DNA of 64,000 nucleotides from contig CAVRGJ010000003.1 in assembly GCA_963720705.1 (NCBI GenBank), positions 33,488 through 97,487 of the forward strand, written 5' to 3'. This DNA is from an uncultured Alphaproteobacteria bacterium (GTDB lineage: Bacteria; Pseudomonadota; Alphaproteobacteria; Rhizobiales; Afifellaceae). Positions 33,904 to 43,387 of the stretch are shown piece by piece (the first letter of the stretch is position 1; each line of letters begins with the position of its first letter). Both the position numbers and the translations under genes were made by a program. The notes beneath the pieces were generated by a model. It made no database searches. It was not told where the DNA came from and was given only the letters and a program-made list of their open reading frames with translations.

Positions 33904-35313
33904 ATGTATCGCTGGAGCTGGCGCACAGCTCTCTATGCCATTGCTGCGGCTGCCATTTTCTTGGCGGTCGGCGCCCGCGCGCAAGAGCTAAAAGATCAGG
34001 GTAGCCCGTCTTCGACCTCGGACTCTGCGGCGCCGCCGACCGGTGCCGAGCTCGAACAGCTCCAGGCGCGACGGAAGGCCCTCTTCCAGCAGATGCTGGC
34101 TGACCCGACCAACCTCGACGTCGCCTTCGAATATGCGGGCCTTTCCGCCCGCGTCGGCGATGTAGAGGCGTCAATCGCGACCCTGGAGCGGATGCTGATC
34201 TTCGCGCCCGGTCTGCCCCGCTTACAGCTCGAGCTTGGCGTGCTCTATTTCCGGCTCGGCGCCTACGAGACGGCACGATCGTATTTCGAGCAGGCGCTCA
34301 GCGCACCGGACGTGCCTGCGGTCGTGAAGACGCGCGTCGACCCTTATCTCAACGCCATCAACGAGCAGACGAAAGGCTATACGTTCCACGGCGCGATCCT
34401 GACCGGCGTCCGTTATCAGACGAATGCCAACGCGGGGCCGACCGGCACGGTCCGGCTCAACGTGGGAGGCGCCGAACTCCCCTTCACCCTCGATGAAACC
34501 GCCACCGGCACGCCGGACTACAACACCTTCATGAGCGGGAGCTTCAATCTCTCGGTCGACCTGCAGAACCAGGGTGATCGGTTCGACGTGAACCTGGTGA
34601 CCTACGGGGCCTTCTATAGGAAGCGCGACGACATCAACACGATGCTGGCCGAGATAAAGTTCGGACCGGTCTACGATCTTACGCGCTTCGGCATGCCGAA
34701 GAGCGCGTTTAGGATTTACGGCATCGCGAGCGGCCTCGTGCTTGGGCAGGACCCGTATCTCGGGGCCGCCGGCGCCGGCGCGAGATTCATGACGATGCTC
34801 ATGCCGCACACGCGGGTTGTCCTCCAGGAAGAAGCGCGGCGCGAGGAGTATCTGAACTCCGATCTCCGCCCGACTTCGTCGCTGCGCTCCGGGCATCGTT
34901 TGTCGGGCGACGGTCGGATCGAGCAGCAATTGGGCGATCGGTTTTCGGTGTTCGCCGGAGTCGAGGGCGAGCGGCGGATGACCGAGCGCGACTATCTCGA
35001 CGTGTGGGAATGGGGCGGCTCGGCCGGCTGGGTGATGGCGCTCGATCCCGCCAACTCAAGCAACGCGGAGAGATGGACGCTGGGCGTAGCCGGAGGCTAT
35101 TTGCGCCGCAACTACGACGCGCCCGACACCACGATCAACCCGAACAATGCGGAATGGGACAAGGAAAAGTACATCGTCGGGACCCTCAACGTCCCGATCA
35201 ACGATGGCTGGGGGCTGCAGGCCCAAAGCGGCTATCGCAGCGTCGATTCCAACTACGACACGCGCGTCTTCAAGAACATCCACGGCTCGCTCGCCCTGTC
35301 GAAGAGGTTTTAG
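33904..35313 (+). CDS. Outer-membrane protein with N-terminal TPR region and C-terminal beta-barrel, Slam/DUF560-like (surface lipoprotein assembly modulator family candidate)
   Basis: ~469 aa. Signal peptide (ALYAIAAAAIFLAVGARA). TPR-like helices (DPTNLDVAFEYAGLSARVGDVEASIATLERMLIFAPGLPRLQLELGVLYFRLGAYETARSYFEQAL). Then ~330 aa of alternating-hydrophobic strands ending in ...SLALSKRF, the terminal aromatic typical of OMP barrels. The family call is an inference from architecture and size. Confidence 0.6.
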   Translation: MYRWSWRTALYAIAAAAIFLAVGARAQELKDQGSPSSTSDSAAPPTGAELEQLQARRKALFQQMLADPTNLDVAFEYAGLSARVGDVEASIATLERMLIFAPGLPRLQLELGVLYFRLGAYETARSYFEQALSAPDVPAVVKTRVDPYLNAINEQTKGYTFHGAILTGVRYQTNANAGPTGTVRLNVGGAELPFTLDETATGTPDYNTFMSGSFNLSVDLQNQGDRFDVNLVTYGAFYRKRDDINTMLAEIKFGPVYDLTRFGMPKSAFRIYGIASGLVLGQDPYLGAAGAGARFMTMLMPHTRVVLQEEARREEYLNSDLRPTSSLRSGHRLSGDGRIEQQLGDRFSVFAGVEGERRMTERDYLDVWEWGGSAGWVMALDPANSSNAERWTLGVAGGYLRRNYDAPDTTINPNNAEWDKEKYIVGTLNVPINDGWGLQAQSGYRSVDSNYDTRVFKNIHGSLALSKRF

Positions 35314-36087
35314 GTGAACACGGCGCGGCATCGAGGCCTTTGGGTCGCAGTTGTTTGCCTTGCAACGGTCTGCCTTGCGACATCGTGGATCTTGGCGTCG
35401 GCCGCGAGCGCGTTCGACGGGCCGGCGACGGAACTTGCGCAGGCGGCAGGTCAAGAACCGAAGACCATCACCTTCCCCGAAAACGAAGTGCACGGGAAGA
35501 CGGTCGCAACCGACGCGACCGGCCTCGTGCAGCTCCTCTTTCCCGACGGCACGGCCTTGACGCTCGGCGCGAATTCCGAGGTCACCGTGGACTCCTTTGT
35601 CTTTGACCCCGCGAAGGCCAGCGCCACGATCGCCGCGACGTTGAATCGCGGCGCATTCCGTTTCATCGGCGGGCGCACGTCGAAGACGCGCGACGGCGTG
35701 GCGCTGACGACGCCCTTCGGAATTGTCGGCGTCGAATCAGCGGGCGTGGAACTCTGGCTCGGAGCGGAGAACGCACCGGCGCATTTCGATATGCTCTATG
35801 GCGGCTCGATGACGCTGAAGCGAGGCTCCGCCACGCTCGCGCGCGTCCACTCGAACGGCTACTCGATCGTGCCGACGCCCGACGGGGCGAGCGCTACAGT
35901 GCGAAAGACGCCCGGCGAATGGCATAGCGAGATGCGAGAGCGGCTGTCCCACGAACGCGCGGGCGCAGCCGGAACGGCTGCCCTGCGGTCGGAGCCCGAC
36001 GCGCCGATTTCGACCGCCTGGTTGCACAAGAATTGGGCGCTTTGCGGCCTCGACGGGGCGCCCTCAACTGCTATCTTAACGAGTTAG
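35314..36087 (+). CDS. Secreted FecR-domain protein (short paralog of the N-terminus of the downstream giant protein)
   Basis: 257 aa. GTG start immediately after the upstream stop (tagGTG). Signal peptide. The core LVQLLFPDGTALTLGANSEVTVDSFVFDP...AATLNRGAFRFIGGRTSK matches the FecR fold pattern and aligns with 36114+ (LVNILLVDGTSFTVGANSDLTIDSFVYDP...ATLAKGALRFIGGRTSK). Confidence 0.75.
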   Translation: MNTARHRGLWVAVVCLATVCLATSWILASAASAFDGPATELAQAAGQEPKTITFPENEVHGKTVATDATGLVQLLFPDGTALTLGANSEVTVDSFVFDPAKASATIAATLNRGAFRFIGGRTSKTRDGVALTTPFGIVGVESAGVELWLGAENAPAHFDMLYGGSMTLKRGSATLARVHSNGYSIVPTPDGASATVRKTPGEWHSEMRERLSHERAGAAGTAALRSEPDAPISTAWLHKNWALCGLDGAPSTAILTS

Positions 36088-36113
36088 ACACCAAGGGCCG
36101 CGGGGGAAATGCA

Positions 36114-39100
36114 GTGAACCAACGCATTGCACTTCTTTGTACGGCGTGCCTGCTCGCGCTGCCCGTCACGGGTGTGCGCGCCGAGGTACAAGTGGGCGTC
36201 GCGGCTGCCGTGAACCAAGCGGCTGAAGGCGAAGCCCCCGGCGCAGGGAAGCGCACCCTCACGCTTGGCGACACAGTCATTCACGACGAGCACATCGCGA
36301 CCGGGCCGGATGGCCTGGTCAATATTCTCCTCGTCGACGGCACGTCGTTCACCGTCGGCGCCAATTCCGACCTGACCATCGACAGCTTCGTCTACGACCC
36401 GAACGCCGGAACCGCGAAGGTCGTTGCGACGTTGGCGAAGGGTGCCCTCAGGTTCATCGGCGGACGCACCTCGAAGACTGGCGGCGCCACCATCAACACG
36501 CCCGTCGGGACGGTCGGTATCCGCGGCGGCGTGGGTGACTTCAGCATCGGCGAGGGCGATGGTAGCGGAGGCGTTCCGCAAAACCTCGTCAACTGCGTCT
36601 TCGGCAGCTGCAGCGTCACCGATTCTAACGGCACCGTCACGAACTTCGACCAGGGCCAGTCTGTGTATCCGGACGGCAGCGGCGGCTACACGGTCGTCCC
36701 GACAACTCCGGCAATGGCCGCCGCCGGCACGAGCCAAGTCGGCAGCGCCGCCGGGAAGACCGGCGGAGCCAGCCAGCAGAAGACGCAGCAGATCAACAGC
36801 ACGGTCAACAAAGGCACCGGCGTTACGAACTCGGGCAGCCCGCCGCCCAACAATCCGCCGACCGATCTCACGACCGGCTCACCCGGCACAACCAACAACG
36901 TCGTGCAGGACGCCAATCCGACAATAATCATCCCGAAGCCGATCGTGCCTAATCCCCTCTCCCTTCGGGTTCTGACCTCGCCCGAGGTCTACGAGACGAG
37001 CTGGACGTCGATTCCTTCCGATGAAGAGGACGACCGCCGCCCCGCCGAACTCGGGCTGGTCGGTGGCGACGCCGCGGGCCGCGACCAGAATGTCACCCTG
37101 ACATTCGCGGCCCAGCCAAACCATACTGGTTTGTTTGCGGGGTCCGGTGACCTCGCGGAGGCCCCGGTCACCGGCGCCGTCGTGCTGCCCGCTCATCTGG
37201 CGTCAGGGTTCCATTCGTTCTCGACCAGCGCGGACGCCGTGGCGCCGTTCTCGCCCTTAGGAGCACCGTCAGGCGCCTACTACTTGAACACGGACGGACA
37301 GCACGACATCAACTTTGCCTTCTTCGAGCTCTTCTACAACGACGGCGAGGGCGCCGCGCCCTTCTACGCGATCGGCGGCAAACCGACCGATTTTCAGATG
37401 GTTTTTACCGGCGAAAGCGTTCGCCGCTACACGTTCACAGAGGATCCCATCCAGGGCGTCCCGGTGCCGTTCTTCCGGTCTGGCCTGATCGACGATTTCT
37501 CCGGCGCCGCGATCAGCGACATCTATGTCGTTAAATCTCCCGATCTCACTAGCGAGGATCCGCAGCACGTTCGGCTGCTGCAGGCGTGGCTGCAGATCAG
37601 CGGCACCGGCACGGACCAGCAGAGCGCGATCGGCGTCACCGCAGGCGATTTCGAGTCAGGAGACGACGGCGGCTACCAGTTAGGCACCGGCCGGCGCGGC
37701 AGCTACCGCTCCGACGCAACCGACACAGCGACGCTCTTCTATGGGCCCCTGAAATCGCTCGAAGGTCCCGACGGCGGCACCTCGGTTTTCGGCGATAACG
37801 GCGAGAACTTCGTGCTGACCTCCGACGTCACCGGGAACGACCCCTTCGGCGACAATTCCATCAACGACGGCGCGAATTTCAGCACCGTCCACGTCGCCAA
37901 TCTGGTCAACGAGACAGCACAGAGCCCTACGCAATCGGATCACACACTCTTCGGATTCACGTCCGGCATGGTGGAAGAGACGCGGGCGGAGCACAACGGC
38001 GTGACCGTCAGCTCGATGTTCAGCGGGCTTCCGGACCTCAACGACGAAGGCGGTCCGGTGGCAGGGTTCCGTATCCAGTTTCACGCCGACGGCAACAATC
38101 TCGGCGGCGACCTCACGGTCGAGGACCAGTTCGACACGTCAGCGCAGCAATCGCTGCACCTCTCCTTCGGCGACGGCTACGATCACCAGCCGGGCGATCC
38201 GGGCGGCTCGTCCGTCTACCTCGACGACACCCTCTTCGCCGCGGATACGCAGGGCCCCGACGAGGACGGCCTTTTCCCAGCGCTCTTATGCGACGAAGGA
38301 CAACGACAGCACGCTCGTCTATTTGGACCGGCGAGTTTCCCGTCACCTTCATCGTGTCGAGCGGCGCCGTGGACCTCGGCCCGAATCCTGCCTTCATGGG
38401 CGGCACGGAAATTTGCACGTGCAGCTTCCTCGAATGGGGCTGGTGGGGCGCCCAGCCGCGGCTCGCACTCGAAGTCAGCCCGGACCAGGAATTCCTAACC
38501 CAGTCGATCCACCTCGGCACATGGGTGGCGGGCGACATCGTCGACAGCTACATTTCGACCTCCCCCTCACTGGCGACGCGACATATACCGGCTTTGCCAT
38601 CGGCACCGTTCTCACCGTCGACCCAAACGACGGCTGGATGGGACCCGCGTGACCCGATCCTCTCGCAATATATTGCCGGCGGCGGCGTCAGCCTCACATG
38701 GCACTTCGGCGAGCGCACCGGCGAGATCGCCTTTGACTTCGACGGCAAGACCTTCGGCGGCATCGTCAGCGATCCGGGTTCCTCCGGCGCGCTTTTCGCG
38801 GGCGACCTCTCCGGCGATCAGCTCTCTGGCAGCGTCAACGGCGCTTTCGTCAGCAGCTCGACGACGACCGATGCCGGCTTCATCGGCGATTTCGGCATCT
38901 ATGGCGAGAACTACTCGGCTACCGGCATCATTGTCGGTGAGAAGAACCTGTCGGCCGACCCGACCGAACTCAACGCAATCTCTTTCCCCATGCGCGTACT
39001 GACGTCGGGCGGCGATTACACGCCCTATGGGAGTAGTCAAACCACGGTCGCCAATTCGACCAGCGCCGGGCTGGTGGGCAACGGTTCGCTTGGCGGCGAG

Positions 39101-41904
39101 GACGGCAAGGACGACACCGTCCAGGCGACTCTCGGCACCCTTTCGCTTGATTCCCCTGGCGTGATCTCGGCGGACGCCACCTTCAACTTTGGCGGGACGG
39201 AATTCACGCTTCCGTTCGAACTGACCAACACTTCTTCCTCGCAGGCGATCAACGAGACCTTCGTCGGAGAAGAGACGACGACGACCGTAACCGGCACGGC
39301 TTATTTCGGTCCGGGCGAGTTTGCGGCGTATCTGACTAGCTACGACGATGGGGACGGCGCGAAATTGGCCTACGCCGTGAGCGGTATCCCCACGACGATT
39401 CTCCCGCAGGGCGGAACCGGTGTTTTCGAAGGCGGCGGCGTGCGCGCTTACGCGCTGAGCGAAGATCCGGTCCAGCAAATTCCTGTGCCGTTCATGCGGG
39501 ATATCTCGGCCTTTAGTTACGACGACGCTGGTGAGGGAGGCCCTGCGAACTATGTCTCGACGCCGCTCTACGTCGTGAACGAGCATGCGGGTGGCGAGAC
39601 CAACTTCGCTCCGCATGTCCTGCAGACATGGCTTACGATCGAGGGAAGCGGCGCAGAACAAGTGAGCGGCATCGGCGTCGAAGTCGCGACGATTTACGAC
39701 GATCCGGGCGACGGCATCGGCTTCGGAATAAACGCCGGGCGCCGCGGCAGTTTCCGTGCCAATGCCGAATACGGTTCGTCGACGCTGGGTGGCGCCTATT
39801 CCACGCTCGGCGGCCCCAACGACGGCGCCAACCAGTTCTTCGGGCCGAACGCCGAGAACTTCCTGGTCGGCACCGGCGGCTTCTCGAATGGAGACACCGC
39901 GCCAAACGTGCCGGGGGTCATTGGCGACTACTCGTTGGACTCCAATGCGGACGCGGGCGTTGAGTACGGAACGGTGCACGTCGCCACGCTGGAAGACACT
40001 CCGACGGGTGTCGGCGAGGACCGTACCGAACGGTTGGGGCTCACGGGCTTTACCGCGGGTCTTGTGGACGTTGCCTACCAGGGCGGCTGCTCCGCCCCCA
40101 ACGAGGGTTGCAGTTCCTGGGATCTCACGCAGGCGCTCGCGAAGGGTGGGCCGCAGGACCATCAGGGCATCGCCTTGAATCTCGACCCGAGCAACGACCG
40201 CTTGGGCGGCACTCTGGTCATCAACGGCGTGACGCCGGAGGGAAGCGGCTCGCTGACGCTCGAGTTCGGCAAGAGCCCTGGCCAGGATGGACGGCGAAGG
40301 CAAGTCCACCTTCGTCGACGACAACATCTACGCAGCGCGTGAATCCGCGTTCCCGGCCCACACCACGGCGGTTGTCGACGGGAATACGATTTATCAGCGT
40401 GTCGACGACCAGGCCAATACCTACGTCGTCTCCTCGGGCGCCGTGGCGCTTTACGATCCCGCCTTCATGGGCGGCGCGGCGTTCTGCCAGCAGTGCGACT
40501 TCATCGAGTGGGGCTGGTGGGGCACCACCGTCAGGTTTGCTGATCCCACGAACCCGAACGACAGCATCTTCATGGCGACGCATCTCGGCACGTGGGTCGC
40601 GGGCGACATCACGCCCGGGTACAACGTGCTGCCCGAGCTCGGCGAGGCTACCTATTCCGGCCATGCAGTCGGCACCGTCGTCGCCAGCATCGGCGAAGGC
40701 ACCACGGTGCAGTACGTCGCCGGCGGCGATTTCGACCTCACCTGGGATTTCGGCAGCCGCACCGGCCTGTTGGCCATCAACAACTTCGACGGTCGCGATT
40801 TCGGCGGCGCGGTAGCCGACAACGGCGCCGACTTCGCGGGCTTTAGCGGTGACCTCTTCGGTTCGGGGCTGACCGGCTCTGCCGAAGGCGCTTTCGTCAA
40901 CAACGGCGACACCCTCGGCGCCGGCGTGATCGGCAATTTCGGCGTCGCCAGCGAGTTCTTACTCGGCGACCGGCATCTTCCTCGGCGCGAACGTGCCCCT
41001 GCCCGCCTCGGTCGGCCAGAGCCTCACGTCACTGACCGGCTTTGCCGCCGGCTTCGTCGATGCAGAAGTGGACGGCTCGCCGAGCCCGGTCTCACCGATC
41101 GCGATGCAGGGCAGCATCGATCTAAACTTCACGGCCGGGGCGCCTGGCACCGTGAGCGGCTCGGTTTTGGTCGCCAATGGGGATACCGCGCTCTCCGCAG
41201 ACTTCGGCGGCTCTGGTTCGTCTGTCTATGTTGACGACGATATCTTCGCGGCCGTGGCGGGCGACGAATCGGATGCAGCGGTGACGCTTGAGGAGACTGT
41301 GCACCAGGAGTCGGGAAAGCCCTCGACCTACGTTGTCTCGGCGAACGCGGTCTCACACCCGAACGTTTCCGCTCCCGACGCCAACTGCACGGACTGCAGT
41401 TTCATGAAGTGGGGCTGGTGGGGTACGGAGGTCAAAGGAAACACCGGCGGTTCCGAACCGCAAGACGTCCGCGCGTCCGCCCACCTCGGCACGTGGGTCG
41501 CCGGCAATATGCCCGACCCGTCCGACCTGCCGACGACGGGCAGCGCAGAATACGACGGCGGCGCGATCGGCACGGTGAACAATGCGGGCGCCCAATACGC
41601 GGCCTCCGGCGATATGCACATGGACTGGAACTTCGGCACCCAGACGGGAGACTGGAACGTATCGAACTTCGACGGGAAGACCTTCGGCGCGAGCGACGTC
41701 ACCAGTCTCGCCGAGACGTCGACGTTCTCTGGAGCGGTCGACACGGGCGATGCCACGGGAACCATGAGCGGCGCATTCGCGTCGAACGGCGCCGACGCGA
41801 GCGCGGCGCCTGCCGGTGTCATGGGCAGCTTCGGCGTGACCGACGGTGGGGACTGGTCTGCGACCGGCACCTTTATGGGCGAAGTTGCTTCTCCCGAAAA
41901 CTGA
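36114..41904 (+). pseudogene. Giant (~1,900 aa if repaired) secreted FecR-domain protein with three modules ending in TbpB/fHbp/hemophilin-like small beta-barrels; reading frame broken at >=6 positions
   Basis: The coherent protein sequence passes through ORFs 36033..38498, 38323..38652, 38288..40342, 40287..41234 and 40993..41904. GTG start at 36114 after ggggga, signal peptide ALLCTACLLALPVTGVRA. Each module ends with C-x2-C-x-F-x2-WGWWG, HLGTWVAG, A-x-Y-x-G-x-A-x-G-T-V, W-x-FG-x-x-TG, FDG-x-x-FG, and G-x-x-G-x-F...G-x-FG...ATG-x-F. Frame switches at about 38286, 38329, 38557, 38650, 40289 and 40959. Confidence 0.6.
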
Positions 41905-42052
41905 GCCGGTTCGATCTCGACAGCCGGTCCGCCCTCGCGTCCGTAAACGCGCCCTTAACTCTCAAAGCGAATTTGCGCGGACTTTAATCCTTTCGACGCC
42001 GCGCGCGCACTAAATCTCCCCCCAAAGCGACAACGAGTTCGGGGAAGCTATC

Positions 42053-43378
42053 GTGCGGCGTCTGTTCGATTTTTGGCGCGACCAACGCGGCAACACGGCA
42101 CTGATCTTCGGCCTGGCCATCGTGCCGCTTCTGGCGCTCGGTGGCGGAGCGGTCGACTTCGCGCAGCGTGAAAGAGTTCACGGCGAGATGCAAAGCGCGT
42201 CCGACACGGCCGCGCTTGCCGCCGCCCGGATCGTCCAAGACGGCCTCATGAAGCGCGAGAGCGATTGGAGCGCGCTGCAGGCCGAGGCGGTGTCGACCGC
42301 GACCAAGTTCATCACGGCGGCGTTGACTGATCTCACCGGCGACGCGCCGAGCATCGACATTCAGGTGACGCAAACCGCCGTCACCATCACCACGCACTAC
42401 GACATGAAGACCGCGTTCCTCGGCGTCATCGGCCTGAACACGCTCCCGGCGTCGACCTTTGCCGAGGTGGACATGCCCGACCCGATCCTGGTGGAGATCA
42501 CGCTCGTCCTCGACTACTCGCTGTCGATGAACCAGAACAGCAAATACACGCGCATGACGACCGCGGCGCGCGACTTCATTGCCAAGGTCGCGGCTAACCG
42601 TGCCGACCGCACGAAGATCGGCATCATCCCCTTCTCCGAGTTCGTCTACGCCGATGTGGCCGACACCGACGTGCGTGCGCCCGATACCAGCGGCGGACAT
42701 CCCTGGGACGGCGGCTCGACGTGGGACGGAAGCTCAAGCTGGAGCGGCGGCTCGTCGACGTCGACCGGCACCGCAACAGCGAAGTGCCTCCTGAATCGTG
42801 ACTACCCGTACTCGGTGACCAACGAGACGCCGGTCGGCGCGACCGCGAGCAAATGGGAGCAAGCGGACCCCACCAGCTCTCGCTGCAAAGCCTATGAGGA
42901 CGGCGGGCTCAAGGCGCGCGACCTGACCGACGACTTCACCGGGTTGAGCAATGCGCTCTCCGGCATGCACCCGGTCGGCTGGACCAACATCTCGCTTGCC
43001 ACCGAGATGGGCTACCACATGCTTTCGCCGAACGAGCCGTTCGAAACCGCGCGCGACTTCTCCGATCCCTACGTGCGCAAGATACTGGTCTTGCTGACCG
43101 ACGGCGTACAGACGATCGAGGCGATGGGTCCGACCGGCGAGGTTTCGATCGACGGCGCCAACCACACCACTGCGGAGCTTTGCGAGAACGTCAAGGCGGA
43201 CGACATCTCCCTCTACACGATCGCCTATGACGTCGATGACACGTCGGTTTACGATCTGCTTTCCGCCTGCGCCTCCGGACCGGGCGCCTATTTCGAGGTG
43301 CACGATTCGTCCGGCATCGGCGCGGTCTTCGACGCGATCTATGACCAGATCGCGGAGTCGGCGTGGTTGAGCCGCTGA
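42053..43378 (+). CDS. TadE/TadG-like N-terminal domain protein with von Willebrand factor A domain
   Basis: 441 aa. N-terminal RDQRGNTALIFGLAIVPLLALGGGAVDF (TadE/TadG-like pseudopilin-type segment). MIDAS-like VLDYSLSM and later LLTDGV, typical of vWA. Confidence 0.7.
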   Translation: MRRLFDFWRDQRGNTALIFGLAIVPLLALGGGAVDFAQRERVHGEMQSASDTAALAAARIVQDGLMKRESDWSALQAEAVSTATKFITAALTDLTGDAPSIDIQVTQTAVTITTHYDMKTAFLGVIGLNTLPASTFAEVDMPDPILVEITLVLDYSLSMNQNSKYTRMTTAARDFIAKVAANRADRTKIGIIPFSEFVYADVADTDVRAPDTSGGHPWDGGSTWDGSSSWSGGSSTSTGTATAKCLLNRDYPYSVTNETPVGATASKWEQADPTSSRCKAYEDGGLKARDLTDDFTGLSNALSGMHPVGWTNISLATEMGYHMLSPNEPFETARDFSDPYVRKILVLLTDGVQTIEAMGPTGEVSIDGANHTTAELCENVKADDISLYTIAYDVDDTSVYDLLSACASGPGAYFEVHDSSGIGAVFDAIYDQIAESAWLSR

Positions 43379-43387
43379 CGCGTCGGG

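Noticed and set aside
33461-33991. ORFs 33461-33685 (-) and 33539-33991 (+) next to tRNA-Asn, considered as possible integrase remnants or island genes
   Set aside because: The minus ORF overlaps the tRNA itself. Neither translation shows integrase (R..H..R..Y) or any other motif, there is no RBS, and the composition looks non-coding.
36033-36113. ATG at 36033 as the start of the giant gene, and ATG at 10561 for erpA, 11127 for xthA, 56397 for kdsA and 52353 for the methyltransferase
   Set aside because: These upstream extensions overlap the preceding gene or a REP element and lack signal-peptide or family-consistent N-termini. Internal starts with an RBS give canonical N-termini.
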